Assembly (NCBI GenBank): GCA_043814095.1
Contig: JBDRKI010000064.1
Span: 1 to 24,499 of the forward strand
Length of the DNA stretch: 24,499 bases
Origin: Armatimonadota bacterium
GTDB lineage: Bacteria > Vulcanimicrobiota > JACPDS01 > JBDRKI01
Reading direction: 5' to 3'
The translations under genes were made by a program, and so were the position numbers. The notes beneath the pieces are model-generated. The model saw only the letters and a program-made list of their open reading frames with translations, ran no database searches and was not told where the DNA came from. Below, in pieces: positions 9,416 through 18,357 of this stretch (position 1 is its first letter; each line of letters begins with the position of its first letter).

Positions 9416-10257
9416 AAAATGTTGTAATCTACCCCGGTAAACGGCCGGAGATCCTTGAATTTATAAACAAGGTGTCAGGCTGGTTAAAGGCAAGAAACAT
9501 AAGCGTGTATATGCCCGCCGACTGCGCTAAGTTTTTTAACCTTAAAGAACTTTCAGCTTCTGATAAAACAATATTTAAAAATGCGGATGTTGTTTTAAGT
9601 CTCGGAGGTGACGGTACTTTCCTCAGGGCCGCAAGGTACCTCTGCGGGCATGATATAGGAGTGCTCGGCATAAATCTTGGAAGGAAGGGCTTCTTAACGG
9701 AAATTTCCATTGAAGAAATTGATGAATATCTGAAACTCTTAATAGCCGGCAGGTATAAAGTTGAAAAAAGAATGATGCTTGACTGCGGCATTACCAGGGA
9801 TAAAAAGAAAGTATTCTCAGGGACAGCGTTAAATGATGTTGTAATGAGTAAGGGCTCTTTTGAGCATCTTTTGAAAATTAAGACATATGTTAACGGCTCT
9901 TACGCCGCTTCTTTTACTTCAGACGGACTTATAGTAAGTACCCCGACAGGTTCTACGGCTTACGCTGTTTCGGCGGGAGGCCCTATTGTCGCTCCGGGCA
10001 CGGGCTGTATTGTTATGGCAGCTATATGCCCTCACACATTATCTGCAAGGCCGTTAATTATTTCAAAAGACGATGTTGTGAATATTGAGGAAGAAAACGT
10101 GCAGAAAGTGGATATAATAATTGACGGGCAGATTAAATTCAGTTCATTAAGAAAAGACAAGATAACCGTTAAAAAGAGCAGTAAGAGCACGAAGATTATA
10201 AGGATTAAAAAAGGCTTCTATGAGATTATAAGGGACAAATTAAAATGGGTGGAATAA
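9394..10257 (+). CDS. nadK: NAD(+) kinase
   Basis: LGGDGTFL, GINLG.KGFL, ALNDVV, DGLIVSTPTGSTAY..SAGGP. The TTG start overlaps the end of the cyclase gene, so the exact start is uncertain. Confidence 0.93.
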   Translation: MEKRRRIKNVVIYPGKRPEILEFINKVSGWLKARNISVYMPADCAKFFNLKELSASDKTIFKNADVVLSLGGDGTFLRAARYLCGHDIGVLGINLGRKGFLTEISIEEIDEYLKLLIAGRYKVEKRMMLDCGITRDKKKVFSGTALNDVVMSKGSFEHLLKIKTYVNGSYAASFTSDGLIVSTPTGSTAYAVSAGGPIVAPGTGCIVMAAICPHTLSARPLIISKDDVVNIEEENVQKVDIIIDGQIKFSSLRKDKITVKKSSKSTKIIRIKKGFYEIIRDKLKWVE

Positions 10258-10276
10258 CTGGAAAGGACGGGTAAAT

Positions 10277-11500
10277 ATGTATAAAAAGACGGTTCTGGAC
10301 AACGGATTAAAGATTCTTACCGAATATATCCCGGGTTTCCGTTCGGTATCTCTGGGCATATGGATAAACATAGGGAGTAAATATGAGCCGAAAGACAAAA
10401 ACGGCTACTCTCATTTTATAGAACATTTGATGTTCAAGGGGACTAAGAGATATTCCGCAAGGGATATAGCTAAAATTATGGATACTTTGGGCGGGATGTT
10501 AAACGCTTTTACAGAGAAAGAGCAGACTTGCTATTACGCAAAGGTGTCAGACCAGCATTTAACCGAAGCGGTTGATCTTTTAAGCGAACTTCTTCTTAAT
10601 TCCGTTTATGACCCCCATGAGATTGAAAGGGAGAAAGATGTTGTTCTGGATGAGTTAAGGTTAAGCCAGGATTCTCCGGATGAATACGTGTTTGAACTTT
10701 TTTACAGGAACCTGTGGCCCCACCACGCGCTCGGTCGCTCTACATTGGGTACCGAAGGCATAATAAAAAATATTAAGCGCAAAAACGTCATAGAATTTAT
10801 AGATAAATATTATACTCCTTCCAACATTATAGTAGCGGCGGCGGGACAGCTTGAACATGATAAGCTGGTTGAGCAGATAAATAAAATTTTTGGCAAACTT
10901 AAAAAAGGCAGAAAACATAAAGAAGAGAAATTTATCCGCACTTCAAAACAGAGAACTGTGAATTATAAAGAAGGGGAGCAGGTTTATATATGCATGGGAG
11001 GCGAAGGCACATCCCAGAAAAATGACGATAAATACAAACTTATAGTTCTTGACAGCATACTTGGCGGCAGTATGAGCAGCCGTCTTTTCCAGGAAGTAAG
11101 GGAGAAAAGAGGGCTTGTTTACAATATAAGCACGTTCCAGCACTCTTTTTACAATGCCGGCGTTTTCGGCATATACGCGGGCACGCATGTCAGAAATTTG
11201 CAGAAACTCCAGGATATAACATATAACATTATAGACAAGATAAAAAAGAAAGGCCCGGGCAAAGAAGAAATACACAGGGCCAAAGAACATATAAAAGGCA
11301 ACCTTATATTAAATTACGAAAATACCGTAAGCAGGATGCTAAGACTGGCTAAATCCGAGTTTTACAACGGTAAACTGCTTGATTTTGATACAATATTAAA
11401 GAAAGTGGATAATGTTAATCTTGAAGATGTAATTTATATAGCCAATAAATATTTAAAGGAAGATAGATTTGCCGTTGCGGTTTTAGGGCCGGTGAAATAA
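10277..11500 (+). CDS. M16 family (pitrilysin/insulinase-like) zinc peptidase
   Basis: Inverted zinc motif HFIEH in GYSHFIEHLMFKGT, NAFTEKE, LGGSMSSRLFQEVREKRGLVY. Confidence 0.93.
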   Translation: MYKKTVLDNGLKILTEYIPGFRSVSLGIWINIGSKYEPKDKNGYSHFIEHLMFKGTKRYSARDIAKIMDTLGGMLNAFTEKEQTCYYAKVSDQHLTEAVDLLSELLLNSVYDPHEIEREKDVVLDELRLSQDSPDEYVFELFYRNLWPHHALGRSTLGTEGIIKNIKRKNVIEFIDKYYTPSNIIVAAAGQLEHDKLVEQINKIFGKLKKGRKHKEEKFIRTSKQRTVNYKEGEQVYICMGGEGTSQKNDDKYKLIVLDSILGGSMSSRLFQEVREKRGLVYNISTFQHSFYNAGVFGIYAGTHVRNLQKLQDITYNIIDKIKKKGPGKEEIHRAKEHIKGNLILNYENTVSRMLRLAKSEFYNGKLLDFDTILKKVDNVNLEDVIYIANKYLKEDRFAVAVLGPVK

Positions 11501-11502
11501 TT

Positions 11503-12069
11503 ATGGTTACCAGAGAAAAAGACATCATCCGGATTATAAATGATATAGCCGGATGCAGAAAGTGCTCCTTATGTTCGGGAAGAAAAAATGCCGTCCCGGG
11601 CGAGGGGTCGCTTAAAGCCGATATTGTTTTTGTGGGTGAAGGTCCGGGCGCAGATGAAGATATTCAAGGCCGTCCTTTTGTGGGCAGGGCAGGCAAACTT
11701 TTATCCGAGCTTCTTAAAGGAATAAACCTTGAAAGGGAAGATGTTTACATAACAAATATAATAAAATGCAGGCCGCCCGGCAACAGGAATCCTAAAGACG
11801 AAGAAATAGAAATCTGTATGCCTTACCTGAGGGATCAGATTAAACTTATAAAGCCCAAACTTATATGCGCCCTGGGCAGTTTTGCTTTAAAAACATTAAT
11901 ATCTAAGGACCTTGCGATAACCGCGTCAAGAGGCAGGGTCTTTAAAAAAGGCGGATTGTATTTTTTTGCCGTCTATCACCCCGCCGCCGCGTTATATAAT
12001 CCGGTACTTGTAAAAGATCTTAAATATGACTTTTTAAAACTTAAAAAATTTATAGAAGAAAAATTATAA
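11503..12069 (+). CDS. Uracil-DNA glycosylase family 4 (Fe-S type)
   Basis: CRKCSLC, VGEGPGADED, PFVGRAGKLL, TNIIKCRPPGNR.P, YHPAA. Confidence 0.93.
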   Translation: MVTREKDIIRIINDIAGCRKCSLCSGRKNAVPGEGSLKADIVFVGEGPGADEDIQGRPFVGRAGKLLSELLKGINLEREDVYITNIIKCRPPGNRNPKDEEIEICMPYLRDQIKLIKPKLICALGSFALKTLISKDLAITASRGRVFKKGGLYFFAVYHPAAALYNPVLVKDLKYDFLKLKKFIEEKL

Positions 12070-12078
12070 GGAGGAGAA

Positions 12079-12453
12079 ATGATTGTAAAAGAACTTCTTT
12101 ACACAAAGGAACATGAATGGGTTAAAACCGAAGGAGATGCCGCCCTAATAGGCATTACCGAATACGCTAAAGACCAGCTCGGGGATATAGTTTTTGTTGA
12201 GATGCCCGAGCCGGGTGCTAAAATAACGCAGTCAAACACATTCGGGGCTGTGGAATCGGTAAAAGCGGTATCAGATCTTTACGCTCCCGTTACGGGAGAG
12301 GTAATTGAGAATAATTCCGCTCTTTCGGATACCCCCGAGCTTATAAACGAAGATCCTTACGGGAAGGGCTGGATAATCAAGGCAAGGCTTGAGAATAAAG
12401 CTGAGCTTGAGGGTCTTTTAAAGCCTGAAGATTATGAAAAGATCATAAGTTAA
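12079..12453 (+). CDS. gcvH: Glycine cleavage system H protein (lipoyl carrier)
   Basis: YTKEHEW, GITEYA..QLGDIVFVE, lipoyl-Lys motif VESVKAVSDLYAPV, NEDPYGKGW. RBS AGGAGG. Confidence 0.96.
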   Translation: MIVKELLYTKEHEWVKTEGDAALIGITEYAKDQLGDIVFVEMPEPGAKITQSNTFGAVESVKAVSDLYAPVTGEVIENNSALSDTPELINEDPYGKGWIIKARLENKAELEGLLKPEDYEKIIS

Positions 12454-12520
12454 ACAGGTTGAGAAAATAACTAAGAAATATTTTTATATAAAACTTGAAG
12501 TATAAAACAAGAGGTGAGTT

Positions 12521-13867
12521 ATGAGCTATATTCCTCACACGGAAAAAGAAGTAAAAGATATGCTTTCGTTTCTGGATTTAAGGCATATTGAAGAACTGTT
12601 TAAGGATATTCCCGATAAGGTTAAATTGAAAAAGGATCTTACTCTTCCTAAAGGATTATCAGAACAGGAGCTCGCCGTTGAACTTAACCGTATCCAGTCG
12701 GAGAATTTTTCTGCTGCAGATAAAGGCGTATATCTCGGGGCCGGCGCCTATAACCATTACGTGCCCGCGGCAATTAATTCCATAATAAGCAGGACTGAGT
12801 TTCTTACCGCCTATACTCCTTACCAGGCGGAAGCAAGCCAGGGGACCCTTCAGGCCATATTCGAGTTCCAGAGTCTTATCTGCCGGATTACGGGAATGGA
12901 TGTCGCGAATGCTTCAATGTATGACGGCGCTTCAGCTCTTTCCGAAGCCGCGCTTATAGCATGCAGCGCAACAGGGAAAAGCAATCTACTTGTTTCTTCA
13001 ACACTGCACCCGGAATACATGGAAGTGCTTAATACATACCTTGCAACTGGAAATAAAGCACAGATAACACTCATACCTCATAAAGACGGCGTGCTTGATA
13101 CGGATTTTATTAAAGAGAATATAACCGATGAGACCGCCGGCGTGATTATCCAGAATCCGAACTTTTTAGGGATAATTGAGGACGGCCCTTCAATAAAAGA
13201 AATATTAAAAGATAAAAAAGCGTTATTCATAGTCTGTATTACGGAGCCTTTGTCTCTGGGAGTATTAAAATCTCCCGGGGAGTACGGCGCCGATATTGTC
13301 GCGGCTGAAGGTCAGAGCTTGGGGCTTCCGCTTTCATTCGGCGGCCCTTATTTAGGTGTTTTAGCCGTAAAAGATAATCTTAAAAGAAAGATCCCGGGGC
13401 GTCTTGCGGGACAAACAGTTGATAAAGAGGGAAAAACAGGTTATGTCCTTACAATGCAGGCAAGGGAACAGCATATAAGGAGAAATAAAGCAGTTTCCAA
13501 CATATGTTCTAATGAAGCGTTATGCGCGCTGGCATCGACAATTTATCTTTCATTGCTCGGCAAAGAAGGGTTTAAGCATCTGTCGGATATTAACCTGCAG
13601 AAAGCGCATTACCTTTTTGATAAGATTTTATCTATTCAGGGATATGAGCTTGTTTTTAAATCTCCTTTTTATAACGAGTTTGTCGTAAAGTGCCCGAAAA
13701 ATCCGTCAGAGATAAACGCTTATCTTGCAGACAGAAGAATTATAGGGGGGTATAACCTTGACGGTGTATTCCAGGGTATGGAGAACTGTATGCTTTTCTG
13801 TGTTACCGAATTAAATACTAAAGAGCAGATGGATAATCTTGTTAAACTGCTGGAAGAATGTAAATAA
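12521..13867 (+). CDS. gcvPA: Glycine dehydrogenase (decarboxylating) subunit 1
   Basis: [63 protein letters not shown]. Confidence 0.96.
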   Translation: MSYIPHTEKEVKDMLSFLDLRHIEELFKDIPDKVKLKKDLTLPKGLSEQELAVELNRIQSENFSAADKGVYLGAGAYNHYVPAAINSIISRTEFLTAYTPYQAEASQGTLQAIFEFQSLICRITGMDVANASMYDGASALSEAALIACSATGKSNLLVSSTLHPEYMEVLNTYLATGNKAQITLIPHKDGVLDTDFIKENITDETAGVIIQNPNFLGIIEDGPSIKEILKDKKALFIVCITEPLSLGVLKSPGEYGADIVAAEGQSLGLPLSFGGPYLGVLAVKDNLKRKIPGRLAGQTVDKEGKTGYVLTMQAREQHIRRNKAVSNICSNEALCALASTIYLSLLGKEGFKHLSDINLQKAHYLFDKILSIQGYELVFKSPFYNEFVVKCPKNPSEINAYLADRRIIGGYNLDGVFQGMENCMLFCVTELNTKEQMDNLVKLLEECK

Positions 13868-13882
13868 GCAGGTGGAGGAAAT

Positions 13883-15370
13883 ATGTACGATAAATCAATA
13901 TTTGAACTCAGTGTTAAAGGAAGAAAAGGCATACCTCTTCCTGATACAGATGTTTCCGTTAAGGATATAAAAGATATTATACCTTCATCAATGCAGGCGG
14001 AAGAATTAAAAGATCTGCCCGAAGTCTCACAACTTGATGTAGTAAGGCATTTTACCAGTTTATCAAGGAAGAATTTCAGCGTGGATACCCATTTTTATCC
14101 ATTAGGCTCATGCACAATGAAATATAATCCTAAAATAAATGAACAGGTAGCAAATCTTCCCGGCTTTACCGGTATTCACCCTTACCAGGATACAGGCCTT
14201 ACACAGGGCTCCCTTTTTATCATAAGCGAGCTTGAGAGATGCCTTTGCGAGATAACCGGTATGGACGCATTTACAATGCAGCCTGCCGCAGGCGCTCACG
14301 GGGAGCTTACAGCCCTTCTCATAATAAAGAAATATTTTGACAAAAAAGAAGAAGCCCGTACTAAAATTATAGTGCCTGATTCCGCGCACGGCACAAATCC
14401 CGCAAGCGCGGCAATGGCGGGTTTTGATGTTGTTCAGGTTAAGTCCGATTACCTGGGTAATATGGATATGGAAGATTTTATATCTAAGATAGACGAAACG
14501 GTAGCCGCTGTTATGCTTACTAACCCGAATACACTGGGTCTTTTTGAGACAAATATTCTGGAGATAGAAAAACTTGCACATGAAAAAGGTGCCCTTATTT
14601 ATTATGACGGGGCTAATGCAAATGCTATACTGGGCATAGCAAGGCCGGGGGACATGGGCTTTGATCTTATCCACCTTAATCTCCATAAGACATTTGCTAC
14701 TCCCCACGGGGGCGGCGGCCCCGGTTCCGGGCCCGTAGGGGTTAAAAGCTTTTTGGAAGAATTTCTGCCCGTACCGCGTGTTAAGCTTGATTCCGGTGCT
14801 TCAAAGTATTTTATGGATTATGATAACCCTTCTTCAATAGGGAGGGTAAGAGCTTTTTACGGCAACTTCCTTGTTCTTGTTAAGGCTTATGCCTATATAC
14901 TTTCATTAGGGGCTGAGGGCTTAAAAAAAGTAAGCCAGACAGCAGTTTTAAACGCTAATTATATAATGAAATCCCTGGCAAGCTGGTATCATCTGCCTTA
15001 CGGAAGGATATGTCAGCATGAGTTTGTTCTTTCGGCTAAGGAGCAGAAAGAACACGGCGTTAAGGCGCTTGATATAGCAAAAAGACTCTTAGATTACGGG
15101 ATACACGCTCCTACCGTATATTTCCCTTTAATCGTGGAAGAAGCGCTTATGATTGAACCTACAGAGACAGAGAGCAAACAGAAAATAGAAGAATTTATAG
15201 CTGTTATGAAAAAAATTGCAGAAGAAGCGGAAAAGACTCCTGAACTTTTAAAAGAAGCGCCCCATACTACTCCCGTAATGCGTCTTGATGAAACTATGGC
15301 CGCGAGGAACCCTATTTTAAAGTATACCGAAGAGAATTGCAGGAAAGAACCTATTAAGGCAGGTTTATGA
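13883..15370 (+). CDS. gcvPB: Glycine dehydrogenase (decarboxylating) subunit 2
   Basis: [34 protein letters not shown]-Lys motif [35 protein letters not shown]. Confidence 0.96.
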   Translation: MYDKSIFELSVKGRKGIPLPDTDVSVKDIKDIIPSSMQAEELKDLPEVSQLDVVRHFTSLSRKNFSVDTHFYPLGSCTMKYNPKINEQVANLPGFTGIHPYQDTGLTQGSLFIISELERCLCEITGMDAFTMQPAAGAHGELTALLIIKKYFDKKEEARTKIIVPDSAHGTNPASAAMAGFDVVQVKSDYLGNMDMEDFISKIDETVAAVMLTNPNTLGLFETNILEIEKLAHEKGALIYYDGANANAILGIARPGDMGFDLIHLNLHKTFATPHGGGGPGSGPVGVKSFLEEFLPVPRVKLDSGASKYFMDYDNPSSIGRVRAFYGNFLVLVKAYAYILSLGAEGLKKVSQTAVLNANYIMKSLASWYHLPYGRICQHEFVLSAKEQKEHGVKALDIAKRLLDYGIHAPTVYFPLIVEEALMIEPTETESKQKIEEFIAVMKKIAEEAEKTPELLKEAPHTTPVMRLDETMAARNPILKYTEENCRKEPIKAGL

Positions 15371-16179
15371 ACCGGAGAATAGAGTTTGTTTATCCCAATG
15401 ATACTTACCCTGTTTCTTTAACGGGGAGAGACTGTAGTTTGAACTGCAAACATTGCGGTAAATATTATCTTAGTTTTATGAAAACCATGGAAGATATATC
15501 TTCCATAAAAGATAAAAAAAGTTTTCTTATAAGCGGGGGGAGCGATAAAAAGGGAAGAGTCCCGATAAAGAAACATCTGGAGTTTTTAAGGGATTTAAAA
15601 AAACAGGGGTACCGGCTTAACCTTCATACCGGTTTGATTGATAAGTCCCTGCTTGATGATATAAAACCCATAGCCGACAGTGTATCTTTTGATTTTTTAA
15701 CGGATAAGGAAACGATAAACGAAGTTTACAGTCTGGATGTAAACCCCGCTAAGTATTATGAACTGCTGGAAAGCATGCTTTCAAAAGGGATAAACGCTGT
15801 GCCCCATGTGACAATAGGCATACACGGCGGAAAGATAAAAGGAGAATATGACGCCATAAGGGCGCTTAAGGATCTGCCCTGCCGGGAAGTCATCCTTATA
15901 ATATTCATGCCGACCAAGGGTACTTTTTATGAAGACAGGGCTCCTGTGCCGGTAATGGAGGTAAGCAAGCTTTTTTATTACGCGAGAAAAAGTTTGAGCA
16001 ATAAGCGAGTTACCTTAGGGTGTATGCGTCCCAGAGGCAATTACAGGTATTTAACCGATATATCCGCGATTAATAATTATTTTGATAAAGTGGTAATGCC
16101 CCATCCAAAGGCAAGGGAACACGCGAAAGAACGGAAGATGGATATTGTTGAGAAATACGAATGCTGTGCGATAGTTTAA
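15367..16179 (+). CDS. lipS1: Radical SAM protein, LipS1-like subunit of the non-LipA lipoyl synthase
   Basis: CxxxCxxC (CSLNCKHC), LISGG, GCMR motif (16018-16029) and C-terminal CC (16162-16167). These are the motifs described for Thermococcus kodakarensis LipS1. Start overlaps the gcvPB stop (ATGA). Confidence 0.75.
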   Translation: MNRRIEFVYPNDTYPVSLTGRDCSLNCKHCGKYYLSFMKTMEDISSIKDKKSFLISGGSDKKGRVPIKKHLEFLRDLKKQGYRLNLHTGLIDKSLLDDIKPIADSVSFDFLTDKETINEVYSLDVNPAKYYELLESMLSKGINAVPHVTIGIHGGKIKGEYDAIRALKDLPCREVILIIFMPTKGTFYEDRAPVPVMEVSKLFYYARKSLSNKRVTLGCMRPRGNYRYLTDISAINNYFDKVVMPHPKAREHAKERKMDIVEKYECCAIV

Positions 16180-16189
16180 GGATTATATT

Positions 16190-17176
16190 ATGACCGTAAA
16201 AGATAAAATAAAACAGAAGATAAGGATATCAGCCGGCACCGCATCCGTGCTGGGATTAAATAACATGGTACAGAAACATCCTTCCCGGACTGCTTATTTT
16301 ATGGTCGGTGAAAGATGCGAGAACAGCTGTCTTTTCTGCACACAGTCCACATCTTCATGCGCGGATACATCATTTTTATCAAGGATAAGCTGGCCGGAGA
16401 TGGATACTTTAAAAGTTTTTGAGAGGTTGAAAGAAAAAGCGGATCTTACTGAAACAGAAAGAGTATGCTTCCAGGTTGTAGCCGGTAAAGATTCCAATAG
16501 GGATCTTACATGGCTTATTAAAGAGATTAAAAGTAAAGATATTAATGTTAAAATAAGTGTTTCGGTAAATACCAGAGATGCAGAATTTATTGATGAACTT
16601 ATGCTGCTCGGGGCGGATAATATATCAATACCGCTGGATGCGGCAACACCAGAATTATTTAAAAAGCATAAAGGCTGTCAATGGGATAATATATGGGATG
16701 TTCTTGATTATACTGCTGTAAACTATCCCGGGAAGACTGCAACACACCTTATTCTAGGGCTCGGAGAGACTGAGAAAGAGATTATAGAACTGCTTTATAT
16801 CCTGCACCTTAAAGGTATAAATACGGGGCTTTTCGCTTTTACGCCCATTAAAGGAACACCCCTTTCGGATAAGATACCCCCTGAGCTTAGTTATTATAGA
16901 CGGATACAGTTAATATACTATCTAATCAAAAAAAACATATTAACGGAATTTGAATTTAAAGATGATAAATTTAAATTGCCGGATACTGTTAAGAAATTAC
17001 TGAAAGATGATATGAATAACAAAGAATTTAAATACAAAGAAGTTTTTAATACTTGCGGGTGCACTTTATGCACGCGCCCTTATTATAATGAAACTCCGGG
17101 ATCAATCCCTTATAATTACCCCGGAGACCTTACAGATGAAGAATATACAGAAGCCGTGACAGCGGCAATAAGCTAG
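16190..17176 (+). CDS. lipS2: Radical SAM protein, LipS2-like subunit of the non-LipA lipoyl synthase
   Basis: CxxxCxxC (CENSCLFC), LSRISWP, HLILGLGETE, LFAFTP. C-terminal TCGCTLCTRPYYNE resembles the LipS2 motif TxGCPxC(N/D)RP. Adjacent to the lipS1-like gene and gcvH/P. Confidence 0.75.
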   Translation: MTVKDKIKQKIRISAGTASVLGLNNMVQKHPSRTAYFMVGERCENSCLFCTQSTSSCADTSFLSRISWPEMDTLKVFERLKEKADLTETERVCFQVVAGKDSNRDLTWLIKEIKSKDINVKISVSVNTRDAEFIDELMLLGADNISIPLDAATPELFKKHKGCQWDNIWDVLDYTAVNYPGKTATHLILGLGETEKEIIELLYILHLKGINTGLFAFTPIKGTPLSDKIPPELSYYRRIQLIYYLIKKNILTEFEFKDDKFKLPDTVKKLLKDDMNNKEFKYKEVFNTCGCTLCTRPYYNETPGSIPYNYPGDLTDEEYTEAVTAAIS

Positions 17177-17191
17177 AAGACAGGTGATAAA

Positions 17192-18127
17192 ATGGATTCT
17201 TATAAAAGCTCTAAACTGATTTTAGAAACAGCCGGGCTTCTTGAGAAAAATAAGGAGCAGATCTCGCGCGATGCCTCGCGCGCAATATTTGAAAGCATAA
17301 ATACTTACAGGAAAGGCGTAATAACCCAGGAAGAATCGGCACGCACATGTGAAACCTCGTTAGGATACCTTATTTCCTACCTTAAGCATCAGATAGAAAT
17401 TACCCAGATTGACAAAGATAAACTTATAAATGATATTATTCAATTTGAAGAAGGGATAGCAGTAAAAAGGTTAAGATCCGATATAGACCTTAAGGATCTT
17501 TTAAGCGCTGTCTATATTTATAAAAATCAGGTATGGAAGTTCATAAAGGATTATTATATCTCCCATGAACATAATTTTACCTTTAAGGATTTCTTTGTCC
17601 TTGAAGACAGGATTAATACTTTCTATATGCTCCACATAATTGATATAACTGACAGTTATGTGAAAGTTCAGAAAGAGTTCATGCGTTCACAGGAAGCCGC
17701 GTTTAAAAAATGGGAAACAGTCGTGAAAAGCGCTCATAATATTGAGCTTAACATACCATGCCGGGAAGCTTATGCTGCTGTTGCCCGTATGCAGGCAGAA
17801 TCTCTGGCAAGGCGGTTAAGGTTTGACGAGGAAAAAGTGCAGGATATTAAGCTGGCGGTAGGCGAGGCCTGCGCGAACGCCATTGAGCACGGTTCATCAA
17901 GAAACGGTGTCGATGTTCACTACCATATAACACCGTCTAACCTTATTGTTGAGGTTAAGGATTACGGCAGGGGTTTTACTCCTCCGGAAGAAGGCATAGA
18001 TCTTCCTTTAGATCTTTTCTCAGAGCGTGGACGCGGCCTTTATATAATGAAGGCTCTTATGGACAAGGTGGATGTAAAAAGCCAGGTAGGCGAAGGGACC
18101 CTCCTTGTATTGAACAAAGAAAGATAA
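17192..18127 (+). CDS. RsbW/SpoIIAB-like Ser kinase/anti-sigma ATPase domain fused to an N-terminal helical (RsbRD_N-like) domain
   Basis: C-terminal DIKLAVGEACANAIEHG (N box), VKDYGRGF (G1), ERGRGLYIMKALMDKV (G2). The N-terminal ~175 aa are helical and their domain assignment is tentative. Confidence 0.75.
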   Translation: MDSYKSSKLILETAGLLEKNKEQISRDASRAIFESINTYRKGVITQEESARTCETSLGYLISYLKHQIEITQIDKDKLINDIIQFEEGIAVKRLRSDIDLKDLLSAVYIYKNQVWKFIKDYYISHEHNFTFKDFFVLEDRINTFYMLHIIDITDSYVKVQKEFMRSQEAAFKKWETVVKSAHNIELNIPCREAYAAVARMQAESLARRLRFDEEKVQDIKLAVGEACANAIEHGSSRNGVDVHYHITPSNLIVEVKDYGRGFTPPEEGIDLPLDLFSERGRGLYIMKALMDKVDVKSQVGEGTLLVLNKER

Positions 18128-18144
18128 AAACCATTATTTAAAGT

Positions 18145-18185
18145 AAAATTGGCGGTATGTTTATTAAAAATATACCGCCAATTTT
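18145..18185 (+). terminator. Rho-independent terminator closing the long xseA operon
   Basis: AAAATTGGCGGTAT-(13 nt)-ATACCGCCAATTTT perfect 14-bp stem, followed by gtttc, 17 bp after the stop at 18127. Confidence 0.85.
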
Positions 18186-18256
18186 GTTTCCTCCGCTCCA
18201 TTATATCCTATAATACAATGTTTTATGTCAGTAATATATCAATAAAAGGAAGAATT

Positions 18257-18274
18257 GTTAACAAAAATTTAACA
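18257..18274. promoter_or_regulatory. Putative transcription-factor site: direct repeat GTTAACA-N4-TTTAACA (11-bp period)
   Basis: Intergenic, ~85 bp upstream of the ORF at 18358. Matches the repeat at 3309-3326. Confidence 0.4.
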
Positions 18275-18357
18275 TTTTTTAGCATAAAAAGCCTTGTGAT
18301 TATCAAGGAATTATTATAACATAGTAATAGTCAATCATCTTCAAGGGGGATTTTTTT

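Noticed and set aside
12454-12520. Possible glycine riboswitch in the gcvH-gcvPA gap
   Set aside because: Only 67 bp, AT-rich, and without the aptamer's conserved elements or a stable structure.
14108-14707. 199 aa minus-strand ORF and the other short antisense or alternate-frame ORFs in the track
   Set aside because: All lie within well-supported genes and show no recognisable motifs. Treated as shadow ORFs.
15367-17176. Biotin synthase (bioB) or canonical lipA call for the radical SAM pair
   Set aside because: No LipA N-terminal CxxxxCxxxxxC motif, no BioB YNHNL motif, and no bio genes nearby. The Cys motifs fit LipS1/LipS2 better.
18292-18308. Rex/FNR-like site (TTGTGATTATCAAGG)
   Set aside because: Half-site spacing and the second half do not fit TTGTGAA-N4-TTCACAA or TTGAT-N4-ATCAA. 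Kept only as an imperfect palindrome.
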